Source of the DNA: Planctomycetota bacterium
GTDB taxonomy: Bacteria > Planctomycetota > UBA8108 > UBA1146
DNA: 64,000 bases
Assembly: GCA_013911165.1 (NCBI GenBank)
Contig: JACETR010000005.1
Span: forward strand, 3,109-67,108
Direction of reading: 5' to 3'
Made by a program: the position numbers and the translations under genes. Of the stretch, positions 10,078 through 19,011 are shown piece by piece. The notes below the pieces were generated by a model. The model was not told where the DNA came from, did not search any database, and saw nothing but the letters and a program-made list of their open reading frames with translations. The first letter of the stretch is position 1; the number at the start of each line of letters is the position of its first letter.

Positions 10078-10387
10078 GGTCGGCCTTTCAAAAACTTCAT
10101 CGGTATGGATTCACCCGGATCACACAGCGCCTGCGCTGGTCTCGACCATTCGCACAGACGCGTGTTTTGAGTGAGCACCCAAACAGCAGGAATCAGGAGT
10201 GGACTGGCCATCGTGGACTGGCCCACCCAAGGCAATCGGGAGATTCGATCAAGATATTGAAGCCGTCTTCGGCAGATTCAGTGGCGCGGTGAATCCCACC
10301 TGAGCCCTCAAGACACACGGTGTCGGGGCGATACTGGGGGAACCGGACTGAAAGTGGAATCTACACCGCCCAAACATGCCCTGCCAG

Positions 10388-11275
10388 TCATTCATCTTTT
10401 CCGGAGGGACCGTTTTCCGGCAGCAGGATTTGGGCCAGGAGGGCCCATTCCTCGGGCGTCAGTTGATCGGGCCGGATTCTTCCGTCGATTCCGCTGGCCT
10501 CCCAGTCAGAAAAACCCTGTTGTCCCAACAATCGGGACATCGACTTCCGTCGCCCCTGAAAACAGGTCCTGACAAGTCTCATCCAGTCCCGGGGCTGATC
10601 AGGGGCAGGATCGGTTCGTTGCCAGCGAATAAAGGCGGAATCGACTCTTGGGGCCGGGACAAAAGCATGGGGAGGGACCTTGCGGGTGATGCGTCCCTGA
10701 CCCAATCGGGAGAGAAGAACACTGCTGGTTCCATATTCCCGGGAACCGGGCCCAGCGACCCAGCGATCTGCCACCTCCTGTTGAACCAGAACCGAGAACC
10801 CGGACATCCGTGGGCACGCTTCCACCAGCAAGCAGACCAGAGGACTGGCGATGGAGTAGGGCAAGTTGGCCACCATTTGAAACTCTCCCTCTGGGAGGGC
10901 GGCCAGCAACTCTTCAGAGAGCCGATTCTTCGTCTCCAGAGCGTCAGCCTGAACGACATGAAGAGAGTCCTCCGAAAAGGTCTCCCGCAGGTATCCTGCC
11001 AGAATCGGGTCGATTTCCACCGCGGTCACATGGGAACCCGCAGCCAGCAGGGACCGGGTCAACGTCCCCGCTCCCGGACCGATTTCAAGGATGGGCAATT
11101 CCGGTGAGATTTCGGCGTCGCGAACCAGTGCCCGCAGCAGGTTTCCGTCGAAGAGGAAATTCTGACCCTTGCGGGGATCAAAGCGAAATCCCCTCATTTT
11201 CAGGTCTGCGAGAATCTCTGCCCGCCGAATAGAAAACGGGAGCTCCTCTTCGGAGGAACTCCCGTCCACAGGCAT
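10388..11275 (-). CDS. rsmA: 16S rRNA (adenine1518/1519-N6)-dimethyltransferase
   Basis: 'KGQNFLFDGNLLRALV', SAM motif 'ILEIGPGAGTLT', 'VANLPYSIASPL'. Start taken at ATG 11275, downstream of the stop of the preceding gene at 11323; the ORF-track start at 11365 overlaps that gene. Confidence 0.85.
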   Translation of the reverse strand: MPVDGSSSEEELPFSIRRAEILADLKMRGFRFDPRKGQNFLFDGNLLRALVRDAEISPELPILEIGPGAGTLTRSLLAAGSHVTAVEIDPILAGYLRETFSEDSLHVVQADALETKNRLSEELLAALPEGEFQMVANLPYSIASPLVCLLVEACPRMSGFSVLVQQEVADRWVAGPGSREYGTSSVLLSRLGQGRITRKVPPHAFVPAPRVDSAFIRWQRTDPAPDQPRDWMRLVRTCFQGRRKSMSRLLGQQGFSDWEASGIDGRIRPDQLTPEEWALLAQILLPENGPSGKDE

Positions 11276-11322
11276 TTTGTCTCGATCTCGCGACTCCGGA
11301 GAATGATCTCCTGACGAAGAGA

Positions 11323-12090
11323 TCACTCGGTGGGATCCACGAGACGGATTTCCACACGACGGCACTGACGTCTTCCGGCTTCAGTATCCGGGTTGACTCC
11401 TGGCACCGGTTGAGCCCAACCGGAGGAGGAAAGTCTCAATTGATTCTTGCTGAATCCCAGAGCAACAAACTCCTTGAAGACGGCATGAGCACGTTTTGCT
11501 CCCAACTCCCAGTTATCAGCATTCTTTGAACGCTTGATCGGGGTATTGTCGGTATGTCCATCGATGTAGATGATGTTGCCCGGGTAGTCGCGCTGAATGT
11601 TTTTCACCAACTCCTGGATGATCGTCTTGCCCTGTTTTTTGAGCGTGCTCTTTCCCTTGTCAAAGAGAACGTCATCCCGAAGCATGATGCCGCCAGTCTC
11701 CGGATTGGTGCTGATACCGGGAGCGATCTGCTCGGTCGAGATCACCACCTTGGGAATATCTGCCAGACTCTTTTTGAGTTCGTCATTCACTCTCGAAAGG
11801 GCATCCCTCTCGGAGGTCACCGCATTCAGATCTCTCTCAAGACCTTCAATCCTGGCAGAACTTCTCTGCAACTGGGCAGCCCCATCGAATCCTGCGATCT
11901 GTGTATCCTTGAGACGCTTTTCCATATCCGAGTTGACTCGATTGGCACGCTGCAACTTGCTCACAGCATCCTCGTACTTGACGTAAGGGACACAGGAACA
12001 CAGCAGAGCCGGGATGATGAAAAGACTCAAAAACCGGAGTCCCCCGGAAACAGATGCCCCAGAGTTGGCGAGACGGTTGAAGTGGTTCAC
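11323..12090 (-). CDS. OmpA/MotB-family peptidoglycan-binding protein with a coiled-coil segment (possible lipoprotein)
   Basis: N-terminal hydrophobic segment ending 'ALLCSC', a coiled coil, and an OmpA_C-like domain with 'IYIDGHTDNTPI', 'NWELGAKRAHAV', 'RRVEIRLV'. Confidence 0.8.
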   Translation of the reverse strand: MNHFNRLANSGASVSGGLRFLSLFIIPALLCSCVPYVKYEDAVSKLQRANRVNSDMEKRLKDTQIAGFDGAAQLQRSSARIEGLERDLNAVTSERDALSRVNDELKKSLADIPKVVISTEQIAPGISTNPETGGIMLRDDVLFDKGKSTLKKQGKTIIQELVKNIQRDYPGNIIYIDGHTDNTPIKRSKNADNWELGAKRAHAVFKEFVALGFSKNQLRLSSSGWAQPVPGVNPDTEAGRRQCRRVEIRLVDPTE

Positions 12091-12443
12091 AAAAACTTCC
12101 TTTCACAGGCTGCACCCGGAAATGACCGGCAAGGTTTCTCAGCGGAGCGGCAGGATGATTCCCCGTCACACTGTCGATGCCTCCAGATATCCAAAGCAGA
12201 AAAACCATCATGAAAAAGGTTCCTGCAGGAAATTCTCACCGCTGAAAGAGTGAGACGGGCGACAAAGATCGCTTCTTCCCCTGATCGGTCACGACTGGCA
12301 TTGCGAGCCATTCAATATCCAGGGCGCGACAATCCCTGAAGTCGTCAGTTTGCCACGGGGACCCACCGAGAGAAAGGGCCCTTCCATAGAATCCCCCTGT
12401 TCCAGCCACATGGGGATGGCTCGACATGGAGCTCTCCAGACAC

Positions 12444-12485
12444 AAAAAAACCGGGTCCCGGAGGTGGCTCCTCCGGGACCCGGTT
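12444..12485 (-). terminator. Rho-independent terminator downstream of the HTH/acidic/TM gene
   Basis: Perfect 14-bp stem 'ccgggtcccggagg'/'cctccgggacccgg' with a 5-nt loop. A T-run follows on the minus strand (A-run 12444-12450 on plus). Confidence 0.75.
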
Positions 12486-12503
12486 TATCAAAAAGTCGGC
12501 TTA

Positions 12504-13142
12504 TCAAAGACTGTTGACAATGCTTTCAACGAGACCATTCATGAAGTTGACGGCTCCATGATTTCCCCAGTCAGGGAAGGTTCCGCCGGGATTCATCAGG
12601 TTCAACAAAAGGGCCGCGGGAATCAGCAGGCAAAGCAGGGTCAGGACCATCAGGACCGTCATTGCAGTTGCCGGCTTCTTGCGCACCATTTGCATCTCGG
12701 TGTTGCCCGAAAAGAGCATTTCGTCACCACCGGCGTCACCACCGGCTTCCTCTTCAAAATCGAAGGAGTCGAGAGACAGGTCATCGGTATCGATGACGGT
12801 CTCATCTCCCACGCCGCCCAGATCGAGCTCGGACTCGCCCTCCAGAAGAGATCCTCCGTCATCCTCGAGGAGACCCTCGATGTTGAGCACCGTCTCGTCG
12901 GTGGAGAAATCTTCCAATTCCAGACCTTCGTCCTCGAGCATTCCACCGCCATCCTCAGAGAGGACCACGGTCGGCTCGGTGGAACGACCTTCCTTGTAGG
13001 CGTCGAGATCCTGCTGGCTGAAGTAAACTTCACCGCCATCGTGCTCGGCGCGAATCTCCTGATTGCTCACGAGCCCCTGAAGTTCCTCAGCGGAAACCCC
13101 CAGATGCTGCGCAGCCTGATCAAAGTTCAATCGATCGGACAT
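12504..13142 (-). CDS. Protein with an N-terminal excisionase/MerR-like HTH, a highly acidic disordered middle and a C-terminal TM anchor
   Basis: 'LNFDQAAQHLGVSAEELQGLVSNQEIRAEHDGGEVYFSQQDLDAY' (HTH_17-like), about 90 aa rich in D/E, then 'AMTVLMVLTLLCLLIPAALLL'. Confidence 0.6.
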   Translation of the reverse strand: MSDRLNFDQAAQHLGVSAEELQGLVSNQEIRAEHDGGEVYFSQQDLDAYKEGRSTEPTVVLSEDGGGMLEDEGLELEDFSTDETVLNIEGLLEDDGGSLLEGESELDLGGVGDETVIDTDDLSLDSFDFEEEAGGDAGGDEMLFSGNTEMQMVRKKPATAMTVLMVLTLLCLLIPAALLLNLMNPGGTFPDWGNHGAVNFMNGLVESIVNSL

Positions 13143-13169
13143 GAATCGGACCCTTTCCTGGGGAACCGC

Positions 13170-13544
13170 TTACTTGCGGCCTGCTTCTTTCATGGCTTTG
13201 ACACTGGGCTTCTGCTTGCCCTTCTGAGAGTACTCCTGCGGAACGAAATCGTAGTTCAGGTCACGGACACTGTTGACGCTGAAGCCGTTTCCAGTCTCGT
13301 AGCCGGTCCAAAGTTTTTTGGTGTTGGTATCAAAGATCGCGAGGCCTTCAGCCTGACCTTTTCCCTGCATGACGAAAGAAGTCATGATGAAGCCGTTGCT
13401 CGCTGATCCAGTCTCACCGTGAGCGACCTGAGGTGCGTTGCTGGAACCCATCCACAGGATGAGATTTGCTCCCACGGAGAATCCGAGAAGGACGGGCAAC
13501 CAGAAGGTCTTCAGACGTCCCGACTGTTCGGTGGTGTTTTGCAT
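13170..13544 (-). CDS. Small exported or membrane-anchored protein of unknown function
   Basis: 124-aa ORF with N-terminal hydrophobic 'FWLPVLLGFSVGANLILW'. Lies 27 nt upstream of the HTH/acidic/TM gene on the same strand. Confidence 0.45.
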   Translation of the reverse strand: MQNTTEQSGRLKTFWLPVLLGFSVGANLILWMGSSNAPQVAHGETGSASNGFIMTSFVMQGKGQAEGLAIFDTNTKKLWTGYETGNGFSVNSVRDLNYDFVPQEYSQKGKQKPSVKAMKEAGRK

Positions 13545-13896
13545 GGCTCACATTCCTTTCACAAGTGCGGTGATTTTGGTGTTCCGCACTCTGGTTTCTT
13601 CTTCGCCACAACGGCCTGGCGACCACTGCGACGATTCCCGACCTGTCCCCACAGGTCCCGGAGTTCACTCGCAATCGCAGTCCCGACGGGAATCCGCTTT
13701 CACTTGTGAGTCCCCACGGTCAGTTTCGATGACGAAACATTCGGGAGTCTATTCGCATCCAAATTTACAAATCATGAATCCCGGCCGGGATCTGGACCTG
13801 AATTACCCTTGAAGAGCAACTCCACTTCATCCACTCTCCCGACTCCCCGGTTCCCATTTTGGGCCTTGAGATTCAGAAAAGGATTGTAGCCCGGTC

Positions 13897-16023
13897 TCAC
13901 GGTGCGGCAAGGGGTCCATCCGGGGTTCCTTCGGTGTTTTCATGGGAAGGGCGGTCTGGGCCCAGATAGGGACTGAGGCGTTTCAGGAGCGGTTGCTCCC
14001 TCGAATCCTCCCCCCGGTCCAGACGCAGGCCCGCCACCTCTGAGAGGCGCCGAAATGCGTCCAGATCAGCGAGGGGGCGAGCCAGAAGAAACCTTCCCTG
14101 GCCACTCTGACGAACTCCGTGGACCTCTCCACCGCCCCTCAGTTCGAGATCCCGCTCAGCGATACGGAAGCCGTCGTCCTCATCGATGAAGGCCTGCAGG
14201 CGCTCCTCGGTCTCTTCAGGATCGCCGGATACGGTGAAAAAACACCATGAGGCCCGATCTCCACGCCCGACTCTCCCCCGCAACTGGTGCAATTGGGACA
14301 ATCCAAAGCGATCGGCATTCTCTATCCAGAGTACGGAAAGTTCAGGAATATCGAGCCCCACTTCCACGATACTCGTGGCGACGAGGACGGCAGAACTTCC
14401 CTGACGAAATTTTTCCATATTCCGACTGCGCTCCTCTGGGGAGAGACGACCATGGAGCAGGGTGATTCCACGGGACGCCAATGTTGTCTCCAGGAGGCGT
14501 TTCGCTACCTGCTCCACCCCCTGGGGATCGTCTCCGTCCCCATCTTCGATGCGTGGCACGACGAAGAGTGCTCTCTGACCGTCATCGATTTCACGACACA
14601 AAAAATCGATCGCCGCAGGAAATCGGTCGGAAGGAACTCTGCGCGTTTTGACCGGTTGACGCCCAGGAGGCTTCTCGTCCACCCGACTGAGATCGAATTC
14701 CCCCCTCAATGCCAGGGCCAGACTTCTGGGAATCGGAGTGGCGGAGAGATGCAGTCGATGAACCGACGCTCCCTTGGCCGCAAGTTTCTGACGTTGGCCC
14801 ACTCCAAACTTTTGCTCTTCATCGACGACCACAAGGGCCAGTCTCTGAAATTGGACGGAGTCCGACATCACCGCATGGGTTCCCACGACAATATCGACCT
14901 CGCCCCGGGAAATTTCCTCTTTCACATCAGAGGAGGTTCCGGAGACTACCAGCGAAATTTTCAGTCGGGATCCACTGAGCAACTTTTCGAGGGTTCTCAG
15001 GTGCTGCTCCGCAAGCGTCATCGTCGGTGCAACGAGAGCAGCTTGCTTGCCGTGAGCAACAGCAGCAAGTATCGCCCACAGCGCCACTGCGGTTTTTCCA
15101 CTGCCGACATCTCCCTGAACCAATCTTGCCATCGGGAATCCCGCCTGCAGATCCTGATCAATCTCTCCGATCACCCGATTCTGGGCCCCGGTGAAGTCAA
15201 AGGGAAAGCGGGCCTCTATCCGATCTCTGATTTTCTTGGTCAGAGGCAAAGGGTCGATTCTGACCTGCTGTCGCCGGCGTCGTGTTCTCGCCTGCCCTTC
15301 AGCATGGAAGTAGAGCTCCAGTCGAGCCAACTGCTGATGACAAACCTCTAATTCGGCGGAACTCTCCGGTTGGTGCAAGCCCCGATACAGTCGATCGATG
15401 GAACGCCCCCCCGTGAGGATCTCGGGCAAGGAATCTTCGAGCTGCAAATCCCGATCGAGGATCTGATCCATCAGCTTCCTCAGAAAGTCCTGGGTGACTC
15501 CTGCCGTGGATCGATAGACAGCGACGATTCCACCGTGACCGGGAGGTGGCGGATCCCGGTCCGCTGCTGCGCAGACGGTCGGGTGCGCAATTGTCGGTCT
15601 GCGAAAAATCCTGATCGCTCCTGTCACCCATCCGCTAAAGCCCCCTCGAACCGGGGGCTGAAAACGCCTCGGCATAAACCATTGAAGGGTGACAGGAGTC
15701 GCAGAGGGATCATCGCAAATCAGGGTCGTCTCCCAGCGTCCCTGACCTGACGGAATCCATGCCGGATCTTCCGTCACCGTTCCAAAAAGACTTTTGCGAA
15801 ATCCATCCGGAATACTGCGCAGATCTTCCCGTAACTCCAGATCTTCGTAGCGAACGGGAATGTGATGAAGAAGGTCACCTACAGTCTGGAGATCGAGTCG
15901 TGCCAACTTTTTGGCCATGACCGGCCCGACTCCGCGCAACTCGGTCAGGGGAGCAGAAAGAGGCTCATTTGATCGCCGCGTGTCGCCACCTCCTGCTGGA
16001 GTAGACGGTGGGATCTGAGCCAT
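13897..16023 (-). CDS. recG: ATP-dependent DNA helicase RecG
   Basis: Walker A 'GDVGSGKTAVA', 'VVDEEQKFGV', 'QLRGRVGRG', N-terminal wedge-type region. Length of 708 aa. Confidence 0.9.
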   Translation of the reverse strand: MAQIPPSTPAGGGDTRRSNEPLSAPLTELRGVGPVMAKKLARLDLQTVGDLLHHIPVRYEDLELREDLRSIPDGFRKSLFGTVTEDPAWIPSGQGRWETTLICDDPSATPVTLQWFMPRRFQPPVRGGFSGWVTGAIRIFRRPTIAHPTVCAAADRDPPPPGHGGIVAVYRSTAGVTQDFLRKLMDQILDRDLQLEDSLPEILTGGRSIDRLYRGLHQPESSAELEVCHQQLARLELYFHAEGQARTRRRRQQVRIDPLPLTKKIRDRIEARFPFDFTGAQNRVIGEIDQDLQAGFPMARLVQGDVGSGKTAVALWAILAAVAHGKQAALVAPTMTLAEQHLRTLEKLLSGSRLKISLVVSGTSSDVKEEISRGEVDIVVGTHAVMSDSVQFQRLALVVVDEEQKFGVGQRQKLAAKGASVHRLHLSATPIPRSLALALRGEFDLSRVDEKPPGRQPVKTRRVPSDRFPAAIDFLCREIDDGQRALFVVPRIEDGDGDDPQGVEQVAKRLLETTLASRGITLLHGRLSPEERSRNMEKFRQGSSAVLVATSIVEVGLDIPELSVLWIENADRFGLSQLHQLRGRVGRGDRASWCFFTVSGDPEETEERLQAFIDEDDGFRIAERDLELRGGGEVHGVRQSGQGRFLLARPLADLDAFRRLSEVAGLRLDRGEDSREQPLLKRLSPYLGPDRPSHENTEGTPDGPLAAP

Positions 16024-16062
16024 CGATTCCCTTTCCCTGTAGCCGCCCTGAAGAAAACCGAA

Positions 16063-17526
16063 TCAGCCGCGCAATTCCGCTTCCAAATGTTCGATCTCCA
16101 TTTTCAGGTTTGCATCCGACTCGATGCAATCGCGGATTTTCCGGTAGGAGTTACTGGCGGTAGCGTGGGTCCTGCTCCCCAACTCGGCCCCAATCTCAGC
16201 CAGAGACCGATTCGTGAGGATTCTGGCCAGGTAGGTCGCCACATTGCGAGCGAGAGCGGTTTGCCTCGTTCTCGATCGGGAATAGAGCTCTTCAGGAGGC
16301 AAGGACCAACGACGTGCCACAGCCTCGACGATCTGGTCAACGGTTAACATCCGTTGACCTTGCCTGACCAGCGGCTCCAGGCACCGGCGCGCCAATCCGA
16401 TATCGATGGTGCTTCCACGCAAGTCCACTTCGGCGAAGAGTCGGGTCAATGCCCCGAGAAGTTCACGGACACTGGTTCGAATACTGTCAGCAATGTAGTG
16501 AAGAACCTCATAAGGAACCTGAGTGCCATGGCGGATCGCTTCCCGCTCGAGAATGGAAAGGCGGGTCTCCATTCCCGGTGGTTCCATGCGTGCGACGAGA
16601 CCGGCGAGAAACCGGCTCTTCAATTGTTGCTGAAGGAACTCACACTGGCGAGGCGGAAGATCACAGGCGAGAAGAACCTGACCACCGCTCTGCTGGATCG
16701 CATCGATGGTCTCAATCAGTTCTTCCTGACTGCTCTTTTTGCCGGCAATCATTTGGACATCATCGATAGCCAACACCTTGAGAGAACGGAACTCGGAACG
16801 GAACTGGCTGATCGTTTTGTTTTGCAGGGCCCGAACAAACATCTGCACGAATTTTTCGCACTGGACGTAACGGATACTGCGCTCACCCTGAATGAAAAAC
16901 TCCCGGGTGATCGCCTGCAGCAAATGGGTCTTCCCCAATCCGCTTCCCCCGTGAAGAAAGACCGGATTGTATTTGGAACCCGGATCTCTCAGAACGGCTT
17001 TTACCGCCTGATAGGCGACCTGATTTGACTTGCCGACCACAAATCGATCGAGAGTCAGATCCTGACGCATGTTCCCGGGAGAGGACGCTTTTTGCGAAAC
17101 ATTCCCGATCGCTGGAAGATTTCTGGACTGAAGATTTTCGGTCCGGGGCGCGTCCAGATGGCGAATGCGTGAAGCCTCTCCGGTGATGGAAGAATCCGGG
17201 GACGCAGAAACGATTCGGTTCACGGCACTCTTGCGATCTTCAACAACAGGACCTGTTCGTGAGAGCTGCTGCTCAGAGTCCGAGACTTGCCACTCCAGTC
17301 GCCCGAGGCCCTGGTCTTTCAGGACAGTGGACAAAAGATCTTCACAGTGCCTCTTCAGGAGATCGCGGGTGAAAAGAGAATCCACCTCGAGAACGCTCTT
17401 TTGAGGAGAGAGGTCGACCGGGTTCACAGTTCCCAACCAACGCATGGCGGTGATGCTTCCCTGATGACCCGAGCAGTTGTTCAGGATGGTCTGCCAGGTT
17501 TCCTGATGACTGTTCCCTGAATCCAT
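16063..17526 (-). CDS. dnaA: Chromosomal replication initiator protein DnaA
   Basis: AAA+ Walker A 'LHGGSGLGKTHLLQAI', 'IDDVQMIAGKKSSQEEL', and C-terminal domain IV 'QTALARNVATYLARILTNRSLAEIGAELG.RTHATASNSYRKI'. Confidence 0.9.
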   Translation of the reverse strand: MDSGNSHQETWQTILNNCSGHQGSITAMRWLGTVNPVDLSPQKSVLEVDSLFTRDLLKRHCEDLLSTVLKDQGLGRLEWQVSDSEQQLSRTGPVVEDRKSAVNRIVSASPDSSITGEASRIRHLDAPRTENLQSRNLPAIGNVSQKASSPGNMRQDLTLDRFVVGKSNQVAYQAVKAVLRDPGSKYNPVFLHGGSGLGKTHLLQAITREFFIQGERSIRYVQCEKFVQMFVRALQNKTISQFRSEFRSLKVLAIDDVQMIAGKKSSQEELIETIDAIQQSGGQVLLACDLPPRQCEFLQQQLKSRFLAGLVARMEPPGMETRLSILEREAIRHGTQVPYEVLHYIADSIRTSVRELLGALTRLFAEVDLRGSTIDIGLARRCLEPLVRQGQRMLTVDQIVEAVARRWSLPPEELYSRSRTRQTALARNVATYLARILTNRSLAEIGAELGSRTHATASNSYRKIRDCIESDANLKMEIEHLEAELRG

Positions 17527-18156
17527 GCCCCCCCCGACCTTCCAAAGAAATCGGCCCCCAAAATGAAGATCGTCATACTGGATCGGCAGACCAGAGCAAC
17601 TTGCTCAGACACCGGTAAGATCAGCACGACTCCGCCCGTGAAGCTTGCCAACAAGCATCTCGGATATGCCGGACCGGGTGAACATGGGGAAAGGGCAGGT
17701 CGACTTCCTCGCAGTGATTTTTCGACGGTCGACCCCGGTAACCGATCCGGTCACCATCACCGCGAAAAATTCTTCCACTGCTGGACCACGACTGTGATCT
17801 GTTCTCCTGCAGAAAAGGGAGTTCGGTTCTCGACAAAATCCGTCGTAGAGAACCGGAAACCAGCACCTCCGGCCTTTCCCCCCCGGGAAAGGTGAAGTGC
17901 GGTCTCATGCTCAACCATCCCTGAAGGTGATTTCCTCATGAAAAACCGGCCACCAGGGGAGATCGAAAAGGGAGAATCACCTGAGATTGTCCCCTTGAGT
18001 GCAGTACACGGACTTTTGAGTCACTCGTACTGAGTCGCGTGCAAAAAGCACAAATCCACTCGTCTCACCCTGACAGGCAACGGGCGAAGTTAGCAAAGAG
18101 AATTGAAGAAGACAAGAGTCGGCATGAAAGGTTTTTCAAATCACCCACTCCGCTGG

Positions 18157-19011
18157 TCAGCGCTGATTTTTTCGGTCCTTGCCAGACTGATTGGGAACCT
18201 TGAGTTCCGCTTCGATTTTCAATCTGAGGGACTCCTGCTGTTGATACCAGAGGCTCCACTCTGATTTCGCTCTGGACCTCTCGGCGCTGGCACCAGCGTC
18301 TTTCCAGGGGAAGGGAGGGCGGTCTCCGCTGATTTTGGCAGCCAACTCTGAAGAAAGTTTTCTGACCCAGGGATCGTCGGAGTCGAGCCCAGCCAAAGCA
18401 GCGGACATCGATTCATACCGGGGAAATTGATTCAGGACTCTCAAGGCACAAACCCTTGCCAGAGCGAATTGACTTTGAGCAACGGATTGAAGCAGCGGAA
18501 CAACCCGGGGGCCCGTCTCTTTTAATTTTCGTTCCGCACGACTGCGGTAGTTCACCCTTTGTCTCTGAAGGTCCTCAATCCATTGTTCCACTTCGAGTTT
18601 TTGCTTTCCCGTGAAGGCAACCAAAGGTTCATCGAGATGATTTTTCAAGCTTTGGGAGACCTGTACCCCGGTCTTTGAAGTCAAAGCCGATTTCTTCTCT
18701 GGCTTCACTTCTCCCTTGTGATTCACAACCTTTTTCCGGGGCTTGTCAGAATCAGGTCTTTTATCGACGACACCGGTTCGACGATTTTTTTCGACTGCGG
18801 AGATCGTGTCTTTTTGCAATCGGACAACTCCGAGGGTTCCCACCTGCAAAACCACTTCAGTCGCCGATTCCTTCAGCACCGTCCCGTCAATTTTTGAACC
18901 GTTGGTCAAGGTAACGGTATCAGCATGGGTGAAACGCTCACTGCCCAGCAAAAGGACGCAAAAAAGCGTCAGGGCGAGTTGATACCAGCGGCAGGTGAAG
19001 GAGGGTCGCAT
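18157..19011 (-). CDS. Secreted protein with an N-terminal small beta module and C-terminal HEAT-like helical repeats
   Basis: Signal peptide 'WYQLALTLFCVLLLGSERFTHA', module 'DTVTLTNGSKIDGTVLKESATEVVLQV', a basic linker, and a helical C-terminus ('ALRVLNQFP...LAGLDSDDPWVRKLSSE'). Confidence 0.55.
   Translation of the reverse strand: MRPSFTCRWYQLALTLFCVLLLGSERFTHADTVTLTNGSKIDGTVLKESATEVVLQVGTLGVVRLQKDTISAVEKNRRTGVVDKRPDSDKPRKKVVNHKGEVKPEKKSALTSKTGVQVSQSLKNHLDEPLVAFTGKQKLEVEQWIEDLQRQRVNYRSRAERKLKETGPRVVPLLQSVAQSQFALARVCALRVLNQFPRYESMSAALAGLDSDDPWVRKLSSELAAKISGDRPPFPWKDAGASAERSRAKSEWSLWYQQQESLRLKIEAELKVPNQSGKDRKNQR

Noticed and set aside
12412-12425. 'ggggatggctcgac', resembling a tmRNA 5' end
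   Set aside because: No tRNA-like 3' end (…TCCACCA), tag reading frame or pseudoknot region follows. A terminator and a gene occupy the downstream sequence.
12426-13406. 326-aa plus-strand ORF
   Set aside because: It is entirely antisense to two better-supported minus-strand genes, including the acidic protein whose GAx-rich codons keep the opposite strand open. The composition is low-complexity and there is no recognisable motif.
14287-15351. 354-aa plus-strand ORF
   Set aside because: It is antisense to the conserved helicase core of recG, which is a typical GC-driven shadow ORF.
17563-17895. 110-aa plus-strand ORF in the dnaA upstream spacer
   Set aside because: There is no RBS, the composition is Pro/Arg/Gly/Thr-rich and there are no motifs. 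It is treated as non-coding.
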